Assembly (NCBI GenBank): GCA_014804645.1
Contig: JAAUZI010000049.1
Span: 1,680-65,679, forward strand
DNA length: 64,000 nucleotides
From: Lachnospiraceae bacterium
GTDB taxonomy: Bacteria; Bacillota; Clostridia; Lachnospirales; Lachnospiraceae
Direction: 5' to 3'
Positions 50,408 to 59,695 of the stretch are shown here, piece after piece; position 1 is the first letter of the stretch, and each line of letters begins with the position of its first letter. The notes below the pieces were generated by a model that worked only from the letters and a program-made list of their open reading frames with translations, ran no database searches and was not told the origin of the DNA. A program made the position numbers and the translations under genes.

Positions 50408-51223
50408 ATGGTAGTACAACCCAACTTACGCGCAGTTAACTCTAACAGAATGCTTGGTTTAACAGCATCCACTCAGTCCAAGTCCACCGAGAAGTTATCT
50501 TCCGGTTACAAGATCAACCGTGCAGCTGATGACGCTGCTGGCTTGGCTATCAGCGAGAAGATGAGACGTCAGATCAGAGGTCTGACTCAGGCATCCGCTA
50601 ACTCTCAGGATGGTATCTCCATGGTGCAGACAGCAGAAGGTGCTCTGAATGAAGTGCACGACATGCTGCAGAGACTGAACGAGCTGGCTGTTAAGGCTGC
50701 TAACGGAACCAATCAGTCCGAGGATCGTAGCTACATCCAGAAGGAAGTTGTACAGCTGCAGGCTGAGATTACCAGAACATCCAATGACACCACTTTCAAC
50801 AAGTTCCAGCTGCTGACCAGCACCAAGACCATTACGCTGCAGGTTGGTACTGAGAAGGGTCATGAGATTCAGGTTAATCTGAAAGGCATGAGCGCAACAT
50901 CTATCGGTGTTGGCAGCGCCAAGGTAAAGATGGATACTGCTACAGCTGCTAAGACTTCCATCGCTGCAATCGAGGCTGCTATCAAGTCCGTTTCCGAGTT
51001 GAGAGCTGATCTCGGTGCTGTACAGAACAGACTGGAGCACACTGTTAACAATCTGGATAACGTTGTTGAGAACACCACAGCTGCTGAGTCTCGTATCCGT
51101 GATACCGATATGGCAACTGAGATGGTTAAGTACTCCAACAACAACATTCTGGCTCAGGCTGGTCAGGCAATGCTGGCACAGTCCAACCAGGCTAACCAGG
51201 GCGTACTTTCCTTACTGCAGTAA
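50408..51223 (+). CDS. fliC: Flagellin (short, essentially D0/D1 only)
   Basis: KLSSGYKINRAADDAAGLAISEKMR, LGAVQNRLEH, SRIRDTDMA, VLSLLQ. Confidence 0.97.
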   Translation: MVVQPNLRAVNSNRMLGLTASTQSKSTEKLSSGYKINRAADDAAGLAISEKMRRQIRGLTQASANSQDGISMVQTAEGALNEVHDMLQRLNELAVKAANGTNQSEDRSYIQKEVVQLQAEITRTSNDTTFNKFQLLTSTKTITLQVGTEKGHEIQVNLKGMSATSIGVGSAKVKMDTATAAKTSIAAIEAAIKSVSELRADLGAVQNRLEHTVNNLDNVVENTTAAESRIRDTDMATEMVKYSNNNILAQAGQAMLAQSNQANQGVLSLLQ

Positions 51224-51250
51224 TCGTAAGACCATAGTAAAAGCTAACGG

Positions 51251-51279
51251 AAAGAGGTTGACGAAAGTCAACCTCTTTT
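51251..51279 (+). terminator. Terminator after flagellin
   Basis: 12-bp stem AAAGAGGTTGAC/GTCAACCTCTTT, GAAA loop. Confidence 0.85.
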
Positions 51280-51347
51280 GCTATCATAGTAAACGACATT
51301 AGATATTTAGATGTCGTTTACTATGGGACTGGGACAGGAACTGTGAG

Positions 51348-52751
51348 ATGAGTGGACGAATAGATTTTCCGGATGATTATTTTCGACCGGAGATACGCTG
51401 TGGCTATATGGTGGACCGAACCATGAAGACAGTGTGGGCGGCGCAGATTGAGGTGCTGGCGCATATAGCGGAGATCTGTGAGCGTCATGGCCTGAGGTTT
51501 TATGCCATGTTTGGCACGCTGTTGGGAGCTGTGCGGCATAAGGGCTATATCCCTTGGGATGACGATTTGGATATCGGCATGCTGCGGGAGGACTATATGG
51601 GGTTTTTGGAGGTGGCACAGGGAGAGCTGCCCCCGGAGTATCAGATGCTTGGGGTATATACGGACCCGGACGGCGTGACAGCTATCACCCGTGTGCTCAA
51701 TGGCAGTCGGATCGATCTGGCCGGGCAGCGTATGGAGGAATATCATGGGTGTCCCTTTGTGGTGGGAATTGATATTTTCCCTCTGGACTATGTGCCTGCG
51801 GATGCTGGGGCGAGAGCGGAGCAGTACGATTGGCTGCATTTGATCCAGAGGACGTTTCAGAATGCCATGGCTTATATCCAAAGAGAGGAACTGGGACTTG
51901 ATTCGGCAGTGGCGGACGAGTGCCGGAGACAGATGGAAACAGGGCTGAAGAAATTGGAGCGACAGTTCCAGTATGCGATGGATCCCACAAAGTCCATATC
52001 CTGGCAGCTTTTGACGCTGTATGATCTGGTGGGTATGATGTACGGGGAGGAAGAGTCTGCCTATGTCACCTCTCATCAGATATCCTGTAATGCGGATCGG
52101 ATGCTGTGGAACAAGGAGTGGTTTGCAGAGAGTGTTCCCATGGGCTTTGAGAATGTGTTTCTGCCCGCACCAGCGGGATGGGATCATATCCTGCGGATAA
52201 ACTATGGGGATTATATGAAATTCCCTGTCCGGAAGGTTAGTCATGGCGGGTATGCGGACCAGACGGAGATCTTGATGCAAAGGGGGGTGTGGAGTCCCAA
52301 GGCGGAGCCTTCCCCTGTGCCCCTCCCCAGACAGGGGGAACTATATATACCGCAGCAGGCAGGAGGCATGGAGGCGTTAAGGAATGGTCGCAAATTGGTG
52401 CTGTATGGCACCAGCCTGACAGGTATGCTGCGTGGCGGCGAGAGATACCTGCAGAAGATCCGGCATACAATCCAAGTCTTTGCCGGGCAAAAAGGCGTGG
52501 TTCTCTGGTGGTATCCCCATGACGGCCGGGAGTGCCGATACAGAGAGCTGGAACCGGAGCTTTTTGAGGAATATGAGCGTTTGGTAGAGGAGTACCGGAC
52601 AAGCGGTCAGGGTATTCTCGACCAGACAGATCAGACAGAGAGAGCGGTGGAGCTGTGTGACGCTTTTTACGGCGATACGGGGGAACTGTATGAGCTGTTC
52701 CGTCAGACGGGCAAACCGATGATGAGGCAGAATGATGATATCCTTTCCTAA
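51348..52751 (+). CDS. LicD-family phosphotransferase 1 with extra C-terminal domain
   Basis: GTLLGAVRHKGYIPWDDDLDI, IDIFPLD, YGDYM. Confidence 0.9.
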   Translation: MSGRIDFPDDYFRPEIRCGYMVDRTMKTVWAAQIEVLAHIAEICERHGLRFYAMFGTLLGAVRHKGYIPWDDDLDIGMLREDYMGFLEVAQGELPPEYQMLGVYTDPDGVTAITRVLNGSRIDLAGQRMEEYHGCPFVVGIDIFPLDYVPADAGARAEQYDWLHLIQRTFQNAMAYIQREELGLDSAVADECRRQMETGLKKLERQFQYAMDPTKSISWQLLTLYDLVGMMYGEEESAYVTSHQISCNADRMLWNKEWFAESVPMGFENVFLPAPAGWDHILRINYGDYMKFPVRKVSHGGYADQTEILMQRGVWSPKAEPSPVPLPRQGELYIPQQAGGMEALRNGRKLVLYGTSLTGMLRGGERYLQKIRHTIQVFAGQKGVVLWWYPHDGRECRYRELEPELFEEYERLVEEYRTSGQGILDQTDQTERAVELCDAFYGDTGELYELFRQTGKPMMRQNDDILS

Positions 52752-54183
52752 AAACTACTTTGACACGGAGACCAGATGCCGTTTTACCATAGGCAAGCTG
52801 ATGAAATCCAACTGGGCGGCGCAGCTGGAGGTGCTGGAGGTACTGAAGGAGGTGTGCGCCAAACACAATATCACCTTTTTTGCGGGATTTGGCACCCTGA
52901 TCGGTGCCGTGCGGCACAAGGGTTTTATCCCCTGGGACGACGACATAGACGTGACTATGAAACGCCCGGACTATATGCGTTTTCTCTCGGTGGCCAGGCA
53001 GGAGCTGCCATCGGAGTATCGAATACTCAGCATGTATTATGAGGAGGAGTGGAACGGCTCTTTCTCCCGTATAACTAACGGAGGAATAATATCCACAGAG
53101 CACGAACATCTGGCACGGTATCACGGCTGTCCCTTTAGCGTAGGGATTGATATTTTTCCCATAGATTACTATCCTAAGACAGCTCAGGAGCAGTCACTGC
53201 AGTGGGCGCTGCTGGAGGTGGTAAAGAAAAATATCAACTACTGCGATGAGCTGCTGGAGATGGAGAATCCGCAGGAGGACGTGGTGGCGCTTTGCCAGGA
53301 AGCTCTGGTCAGGGGACTGGAGCTGCAATATGGATATCTGGGCATTCCGGTGGATACAGAAAAGAGCATTCAAAATATCCGTAACCAGCTGTTCCACATC
53401 TATGACAAGATATGCATGATGTATCAGGCGGAGGAATGCGATGAGATGGTGGCGTTCCAGGCGAATATTTCCCGACTGGCGGGCAGATGGAAGAAGGAGT
53501 GGTTCGACAGGGCTGTTCCCATGGGCTATGACGTCACCTGGATACCGGTACCGGTGGAATATGACAAGGTTCTGCGGGCTACCTTCAAAGATTACCGCAA
53601 TCCGATATATCGTCCCGGCGGACATGACTATCCCTATTATAGGATGCAGCTGGAACTGCTGCAGCAACAGGACACATGGGTGTTGGAGGATGGCCTGGAA
53701 GCGGGAGTATATCAGGAAATTCCCGGGTGGGAGAAAATGAAAGAGGAAGGCGAAGGGGCTGTGGTGCCCAAGGAGTGGCAGCAGCTGATGCAGGATGATA
53801 CGGGAAAGCCCAAAAAGACTGTGTTGTATGCGACCTCTCTGTTGGGCTTGCTGCGGGGAGAAGACGCCTATCTGCAAAAAATGAAATCCGCGCTGGATAT
53901 TTTCCGCGGACAGCGGGACGTGGCGCTGTGGTGGATACCCTGCCAAACGGAAAACTGCCTGTATCGGGAGCAGAATCCGATCCTTTTTGATAATTTTGAG
54001 AAGATGTGTCGGGAGTACATAGATGCCGGGTGGGGAATTTTTGATGACAGCGGTGACTATGCGAGGGCGGTGGTGCACTGTGACGCCATGTATGGAGACT
54101 ACGGCGAGATATATGAGATGTACCGCAAGAGTGGTAAGCCCATCATGATACAGGACGAGGCCGTATGCGGCGGCGGAATTTAA
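52732..54183 (+). CDS. LicD-family phosphotransferase 2
   Basis: GTLIGAVRHKGFIPWDDDID, IDIFPID; same C-terminal domain. Confidence 0.9.
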   Translation: MMISFPKNYFDTETRCRFTIGKLMKSNWAAQLEVLEVLKEVCAKHNITFFAGFGTLIGAVRHKGFIPWDDDIDVTMKRPDYMRFLSVARQELPSEYRILSMYYEEEWNGSFSRITNGGIISTEHEHLARYHGCPFSVGIDIFPIDYYPKTAQEQSLQWALLEVVKKNINYCDELLEMENPQEDVVALCQEALVRGLELQYGYLGIPVDTEKSIQNIRNQLFHIYDKICMMYQAEECDEMVAFQANISRLAGRWKKEWFDRAVPMGYDVTWIPVPVEYDKVLRATFKDYRNPIYRPGGHDYPYYRMQLELLQQQDTWVLEDGLEAGVYQEIPGWEKMKEEGEGAVVPKEWQQLMQDDTGKPKKTVLYATSLLGLLRGEDAYLQKMKSALDIFRGQRDVALWWIPCQTENCLYREQNPILFDNFEKMCREYIDAGWGIFDDSGDYARAVVHCDAMYGDYGEIYEMYRKSGKPIMIQDEAVCGGGI

Positions 54184-54186
54184 ATA

Positions 54187-54288
54187 TTGACAATTCTCTG
54201 ATATGCTGTATAATGAAGACACAACAGCAGAAAGAATAGCAGGACTCATTCTAAGCGAGTCACTATTCTTTCTGCTGTTTTACTTTTT
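54187..54288 (+). promoter_or_regulatory. Promoter plus terminator-like leader hairpin upstream of Rpn A
   Basis: TTGACA-N16-TATAAT; 17-bp stem AACAGCAGAAAGAATAG/CTATTCTTTCTGCTGTT and T-rich tail. Confidence 0.75.
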
Positions 54289-54311
54289 AGAAAAAGAGGA
54301 GGAATCAATCT

Positions 54312-55280
54312 ATGGCACAAGAGAATGGAAACGGGAAAGTGATTTCCAACCGGGAGACGAAGAACAGCGCGTTTATAACCTATTTCAGTGAGCCGGAGAA
54401 CGCTTCGCAGTTATATGCAGCGCTGGGGGATGGGGAGGCATCCCCGGAGGACATTACCTATGTCACTCTGGAGGGTGTACTGTTTATCGCTCGGAAAAAC
54501 GACCTGGCATTCACTGTGAAAAACCGGGTGCTGGTTATCAGCGAGCATCAGTCTACAATTAATGAGAATATGCCCCTGAGGGATCTGCTGTATCTGGGGC
54601 GTACTCTGGAAAAACTTCTGGACGAGAGATCCATCTATAAGCGCAGTCTGCTCAGAATTCCCACCCCGGAATTTTTTGTCTTTTATAACGGTAACGACCC
54701 GTATCCGACGGAAAAAATCCTGCGACTTTCCGATGCCTATCTTGAAAAGATAGAGCAACCTATGTTAGAATTGACAGTGAAAGTAATCAATATCAATTTC
54801 TCATCGGGACATAGATTTCTGCAGGAGTGTCGTCCGATGTATGAGTATTCCTGGTTTATCCAGCGAATCAAGGACTATCAGGCGGACGGCTGGTCCAGAG
54901 ACGCGGCGATCACCCAGGCAGTGAAAGACTGTCAGAGTGAAGGAGTCCTGGTGGAGTTCATTAAGAAACATGGCTCGGAGGTGGCAAATATGCTGTACAC
55001 GCAGTGGAACTGGGACGATGCGATGGCGGTGGAGAGAGAAGAGGCGTATGCGGAGGGAGTAAGCCAGGGAATGACGCAGGGAATAAGCCAAGGAATAAGC
55101 CAAGGAATAGCTAAGGGTGTAGCCCAGGGCATCCTCGATCTGCTGGAGGAACTGGGCGAGATTCCCGAGGATATGACTGCCCGTATCCAGGCGGAAGAGA
55201 GCCTAGACACTCTACGCAGATGGCACAAGGAGGCCGCCCGTGCAGAAAGCTTTACGGATTTCCGGGAAAAAATGGTATAG
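54312..55280 (+). CDS. Rpn-like/PD-(D/E)XK nuclease (putative transposase) family protein A
   Basis: NDLAF...ISEHQSTINENMPLR, FFVFYNG, C-terminal xxQG repeats; family recognised by motif. Confidence 0.75.
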   Translation: MAQENGNGKVISNRETKNSAFITYFSEPENASQLYAALGDGEASPEDITYVTLEGVLFIARKNDLAFTVKNRVLVISEHQSTINENMPLRDLLYLGRTLEKLLDERSIYKRSLLRIPTPEFFVFYNGNDPYPTEKILRLSDAYLEKIEQPMLELTVKVININFSSGHRFLQECRPMYEYSWFIQRIKDYQADGWSRDAAITQAVKDCQSEGVLVEFIKKHGSEVANMLYTQWNWDDAMAVEREEAYAEGVSQGMTQGISQGISQGIAKGVAQGILDLLEELGEIPEDMTARIQAEESLDTLRRWHKEAARAESFTDFREKMV

Positions 55281-55325
55281 GTACTGTGGCAGTGAATACC
55301 TTGCATATACGAAAATGAGGAAAAT

Positions 55326-56738
55326 ATGATACAGTTTTCACAAGACTTTCTACAACATGAAATCAGAGAAGATTTTTACATAGATTCCACTATGAAGACG
55401 GTATGGGCGGCAACATTGGACCTCTTACAGACTATAGCGGAGGTCTGTGAACGTCATGGCCTGGAATGGTATGCCGCCTACGGTACGCTGCTGGGCGCCA
55501 TCCGCCATGAGGGTTTTATCCCCTGGGACGATGATCTGGATATCTGGATGAAACGGGACGACTATCAGAAAATGCTGGAGGTGCTGCCGGGGGAGCTGCC
55601 GGAGGAGTATCACGTCTTAAGCCCCCAGACGCGGGAGGGGTATGAACAATTCCACACATGCGTGGTATGCGGCGAGGGAATCAGCATTGAGCCTCAGTAT
55701 CTGGCCAGACACTATGGCTGCCCGTTTCGTGTAGGAGTGGATATTTTCCCGTTGGATTATCTGCCCAGAGATCAAGAGCTGTGCAAGCGGCAGAAAAATA
55801 TATTTCTGCTGGCAAAAAGGACGGCACAGACTATACAGGAATACCGGAGGCTGCCCGAGACCGCCCAGGAGGAGAGAGACAGGCACCTGAGAGAGATTCG
55901 GGAGGGAATCCGGTTTCTGGAGGAACATGTGGGCCTGAAAGTGGACTCGCGGCTGCTGGAACAGGGGCAGTGGGACAAAGCTGTCAGCGCTGTGTACCGC
56001 ATTGCCAATGAGGTGGTCCGCCGGTGCTCGGAGCGGGATGCAGATTATCTGGTCATGTTCCGGGATTATGCCAACTGGGAGCATAAAATATTTCCCAAGG
56101 AGTGGTTTGACGAGGTATGGGGAGCGACTTTTGAGAATGTGATGCTGCCTATTCCGTGGAAGTATGATGAGGTGCTGCAGCGGATTTACGGGAATTATCA
56201 AGTGCGCCGCCGGGGAGGGACCAGCCATGATTACCCGTATTATGAGAGACAGCTGGAGGAGCTGCGGGAGATGGTGAGACAGCGCGGGCAGACGGCCGGA
56301 GACAGTGTGTATGAGGGGATTTCTCCCACCGGTTGGGAGAAACTGCGGGTTCGAGCTGACGGCGCAAAGAAGAAGATTGTCCTGTATACCAACGATATCA
56401 GTGATTTTATCACATATGGGGAAGAGGCGCTGGATAAGCTGGAATCCGTATTGCAAATCTTTTATGAGGCGAAAGAGCAAATACTGTTGTGGTGGAGGCC
56501 CCAGGAGGAAATGCCCCGGGTCCTGACGCTGGTAGACCAGTCTGCAGAGCGAGGTCTGACAGAGCGGTATGGCGCTATCCTAGAGCGATATAGAGCTGCG
56601 GGCTGGGGAGTCTGCGACGAGAGCAATGATAAGCTGCGGGCTGTAGAGACATGCGATGCGTATTATGGCGCAGGGAACAGCCTGGCGGAAAAGGCCCGGG
56701 TACGGGGAAAAGCAGTTATGGTGGCAAGGGGGAGATGA
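55326..56738 (+). CDS. LicD-family phosphotransferase 3
   Basis: GTLLGAIRHEGFIPWDDDLDI, VDIFPLD. Confidence 0.9.
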   Translation: MIQFSQDFLQHEIREDFYIDSTMKTVWAATLDLLQTIAEVCERHGLEWYAAYGTLLGAIRHEGFIPWDDDLDIWMKRDDYQKMLEVLPGELPEEYHVLSPQTREGYEQFHTCVVCGEGISIEPQYLARHYGCPFRVGVDIFPLDYLPRDQELCKRQKNIFLLAKRTAQTIQEYRRLPETAQEERDRHLREIREGIRFLEEHVGLKVDSRLLEQGQWDKAVSAVYRIANEVVRRCSERDADYLVMFRDYANWEHKIFPKEWFDEVWGATFENVMLPIPWKYDEVLQRIYGNYQVRRRGGTSHDYPYYERQLEELREMVRQRGQTAGDSVYEGISPTGWEKLRVRADGAKKKIVLYTNDISDFITYGEEALDKLESVLQIFYEAKEQILLWWRPQEEMPRVLTLVDQSAERGLTERYGAILERYRAAGWGVCDESNDKLRAVETCDAYYGAGNSLAEKARVRGKAVMVARGR

Positions 56739-56739
56739 T

Positions 56740-57225
56740 ATGCAGCATTTTATCAATGAGTATGAATACACGCCGGAAATCCTTGAAGAAAGCGTGGGGG
56801 CATGGTGGGACTGCAAGTTTAAATCTGGATACAGTTCTATGTTGGTGCTGTTCATTCTGATTGCAGTGCTGTCAATCGTTATGAAACGGCCCGTCCTTTT
56901 GATGATTGAACTCGCTCCTCTTTTCGTCATAGCGTTATTTGGGCTCAAGAAAAAGAAAGCGATTCAATTAGAGCAAGAACGAGTAGACATCCTGTTTCGT
57001 AGTTCGCCTTTATCCTATCGTGTGGAGGTTGGCGAGGATATTTCTGTTACTTCTTCAAAGGGGAATAGCCGCATTCAATTTTCGGATGTTGAAAACTATA
57101 TCGAAACAAAGAATCTGATTATTCTTTTTGTAAAAGGAAGTATGACGCTGGCTTTTGATAAAAAAGGATTTAGGGAGGGCACAGAGGAGACCTTTATGTC
57201 TCTATTAGCAGATACGATTAAATAA
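56740..57225 (+). CDS. YcxB-like membrane protein
   Basis: Two TMs then ...ETKNLIIL...K.GF motif; AT-richer than neighbours; ATG 56740. Confidence 0.65.
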   Translation: MQHFINEYEYTPEILEESVGAWWDCKFKSGYSSMLVLFILIAVLSIVMKRPVLLMIELAPLFVIALFGLKKKKAIQLEQERVDILFRSSPLSYRVEVGEDISVTSSKGNSRIQFSDVENYIETKNLIILFVKGSMTLAFDKKGFREGTEETFMSLLADTIK

Positions 57226-57249
57226 AATATTGAAAAACTCTGGAAAAGT

Positions 57250-58345
57250 GCGGAATTTAAATGTTGACAATTCTCTGATATGCTGTATAATAAAGACACA
57301 ACAGCAGAAAGAATAGCAGGACTCATTCTAAGCGAGTCACTATTCTTTCTGCTGTTTTACTTTTTAGAAAAAGAGGAGGAATCAATCTATGGCACAAGAG
57401 AACGGAAACGGGAAAGTGATTTCCAACCGGGAGACAAAAAGCAGCGCGTTTATAACTTATTTCAGCGAGCCTGAGAACGCTTCGCAGCTATATGCGGCGC
57501 TGGGGGATGGGGAGGCATCCCCGGAGGACATTACTTATGTCACTTTAGAGGGAGTATTGTTTATTGCCCGGAAAAACGATCTGGCATTCACTGTAAAAAA
57601 TCGGGTGCTGGTCATCAGCGAGCATCAGTCCACGATCAATGAAAACATGCCGCTGCGGGATCTACTGTATCTGGGGCGTACTCTGGAGAAACTTCTGGAT
57701 GAGAGATCTATCTATAAGCGCAGTCTGCTCAGGATTCCCACCCCGGAATTTTTTGTCTTCTATAACGGTAACGATCCGTATCCGGCGGAAAAAATCCTGC
57801 GACTTTCTGATGCCTATCTTGAAAAGATGGAGCAACCTATGTTAGAATTGCCAGTGAAAGTAATCAATATCAATTTTTCATCAGGACATAAATTCCTGCA
57901 GGAGTGCCGCCCAATGTATGAGTATTCCTGGTTTATCCAGCGGATCAAGGACTATCAGGCGGACGGCTGGTCCAGAGACGCGGCGATTACTCAGGCAGTG
58001 AAAGACTGCCAGACAGAGGGCGTCCTGGTGGAGTTCATCAAGAAGCATGGCTCGGAGGTGGCAAATATGCTGTACACGCAGTGGAACTGGGACGATGCGA
58101 TGGCGGTGGAAAGAGAAGAGGCGTATGCGGAGGGAGTAAGCCAGGGAATGGCGCAGGGAATAAGCCAGGGAATAAGCCAAGTCATCCTCGATCTGCTGGA
58201 GGAACTGGGCGAGATTCCCGAGGATGTTGTTGCCCGTATCCAGGCGGAGGAGAGCTTGGATACTCTTCGCAGATGGCACAAAGCGGCCGCCTGTGCGGAA
58301 AGCTTTAGCGATTTTCGGGAAAAAATGATATAGGCGCTGTGGCAG
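57250..58345 (+). repeat. Duplicated module copy B
   Basis: Same promoter, leader hairpin and Rpn gene as 54173-55292. Confidence 0.9.
57389..58333 (+). CDS. Rpn-like/PD-(D/E)XK nuclease family protein B
   Basis: Near-identical to copy A, 8 aa shorter in the xxQG repeat. Confidence 0.75.
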   Translation: MAQENGNGKVISNRETKSSAFITYFSEPENASQLYAALGDGEASPEDITYVTLEGVLFIARKNDLAFTVKNRVLVISEHQSTINENMPLRDLLYLGRTLEKLLDERSIYKRSLLRIPTPEFFVFYNGNDPYPAEKILRLSDAYLEKMEQPMLELPVKVININFSSGHKFLQECRPMYEYSWFIQRIKDYQADGWSRDAAITQAVKDCQTEGVLVEFIKKHGSEVANMLYTQWNWDDAMAVEREEAYAEGVSQGMAQGISQGISQVILDLLEELGEIPEDVVARIQAEESLDTLRRWHKAAACAESFSDFREKMI

Positions 58346-58357
58346 GAATTCCGCTGT

Positions 58358-58458
58358 GGGCTGTGGAGATATGCGATGTGTATTATGGCATAGGAAACAG
58401 CCTGGCGGAAAATGCCCAGAGGCGGGGGAAAGCAGTTATGGTGGCGAGTGGGAGATGA
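58358..58458 (+). pseudogene. 3'-end remnant of a LicD3-like gene
   Basis: 101-nt diverged copy of 56638-56738 ending at the same GGAGATGA stop. Confidence 0.8.
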
Positions 58459-58501
58459 GGAGATATTCCTCGAACAAATATAGGATACGCAATACACTCT
58501 A

Positions 58502-59662
58502 TCAATCAGGCTTGCCTCCGTCATTGATCCTGTTTACAATTTGCTGATATTGCTCTTGGGTGCGTTTCCTGCTTTGATGATCATTTTCATCCATCCAACC
58601 GCCATAAAAATGATGTATGGATACAGTGGTTTCTTTTTTATGTAATTCGCAGCTCATATAATCATAGGGATGATTAACATAAGACGGATAGACAGTTACG
58701 TTTCCAACAGTCTGTAAACTATTGTTCGGCTTAAAGCCCTCATCTAAAAAAGGCTTTGTTTCGTACACACCGTTTGTTTCCACGTTTAAGGTTCCATCAT
58801 TAAGAATAAACGGAACTTTATTTCTATATTCAATTAATTTTTTAAGCATGGGATGTCCTGCAACAAAACCGCATCCGCCGCCAGTATTGATGTTTCCCCA
58901 CTTCTCGGTTCCGATAAAGCCTTTCTGACACAATAGTGTATCCAGGTTTCGGATAAGGGTTACATCTGTGTCTAAATATATTCCGCCGTTATCATACAAA
59001 ATATCCAGACGAGCCATATCCGAAATAAACCCCCATTTTTTTTGCACATATGCCTGTTTCGTATATTCATGTCGGTTTATGTCGTAATTATCTTCATTCC
59101 ACTCGATTATTTCATAGCCTGGACACTTTTCTCTCCAAGATTGTATGCAGTTTTGCAAAAATTCTGGTATTTGATTGCCGCCGAACCAACAATAATGAAT
59201 TTTTCTTGGTATTAGTTCAGGGTACTGGTTTCTCTCCATGCGTATTGATTTCATCTGATCCAGTTCATGAATCTGCATCATTGGTATAATATAACCTTCC
59301 GCATCATTCAATGTTTCTATTCCATCTAGATACTGAACCACGGGAATAAATTTACTGTTTGCAATAAGGAGTATTTGTCTTCCGTGATAGTGCTCTAAAT
59401 AATCGGGGGTGCGTATTTCGTATGAGAAACTGTCGATATCGATTGTATTTCCCTTTTTTCGCTCATCCATATCAACAAAACAATCTATGGCATCGTACAA
59501 CATATATTCACGGATGAGATAGGGTACTATTACTTGGCCGATCATTCCGGCACCATAAACTATGATCTTTTTTTTGTTGCGCCGAGCATCAGCGGCCATT
59601 TCTAAATAAGTTGAATTTCTTAAAATCATTTTTGGATTACATCTCCATTTTGATTCAGTCAT
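58502..59662 (-). CDS. GT32-type (DXD) glycosyltransferase with N-terminal Rossmann-like domain
   Basis: IPRKIHYCWFGG, GGIYLDTDV; N-terminal YGAGMIG. Confidence 0.85.
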   Translation of the reverse strand: MTESKWRCNPKMILRNSTYLEMAADARRNKKKIIVYGAGMIGQVIVPYLIREYMLYDAIDCFVDMDERKKGNTIDIDSFSYEIRTPDYLEHYHGRQILLIANSKFIPVVQYLDGIETLNDAEGYIIPMMQIHELDQMKSIRMERNQYPELIPRKIHYCWFGGNQIPEFLQNCIQSWREKCPGYEIIEWNEDNYDINRHEYTKQAYVQKKWGFISDMARLDILYDNGGIYLDTDVTLIRNLDTLLCQKGFIGTEKWGNINTGGGCGFVAGHPMLKKLIEYRNKVPFILNDGTLNVETNGVYETKPFLDEGFKPNNSLQTVGNVTVYPSYVNHPYDYMSCELHKKETTVSIHHFYGGWMDENDHQSRKRTQEQYQQIVNRINDGGKPD

Positions 59663-59695
59663 AATTTTCAGGTGCTGTTTGAGATATTCTCGTTT

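Larger units (their letters stand above)
54173..55292 (+). repeat. Duplicated module copy A (promoter-hairpin-Rpn gene)
   Basis: Colinear with 57250-58345. Confidence 0.9.

Noticed and set aside
54173-58345. Rpn modules as classical IS elements
   Set aside because: No terminal inverted repeats or target-site duplications seen; the duplication includes flanking licD sequence.
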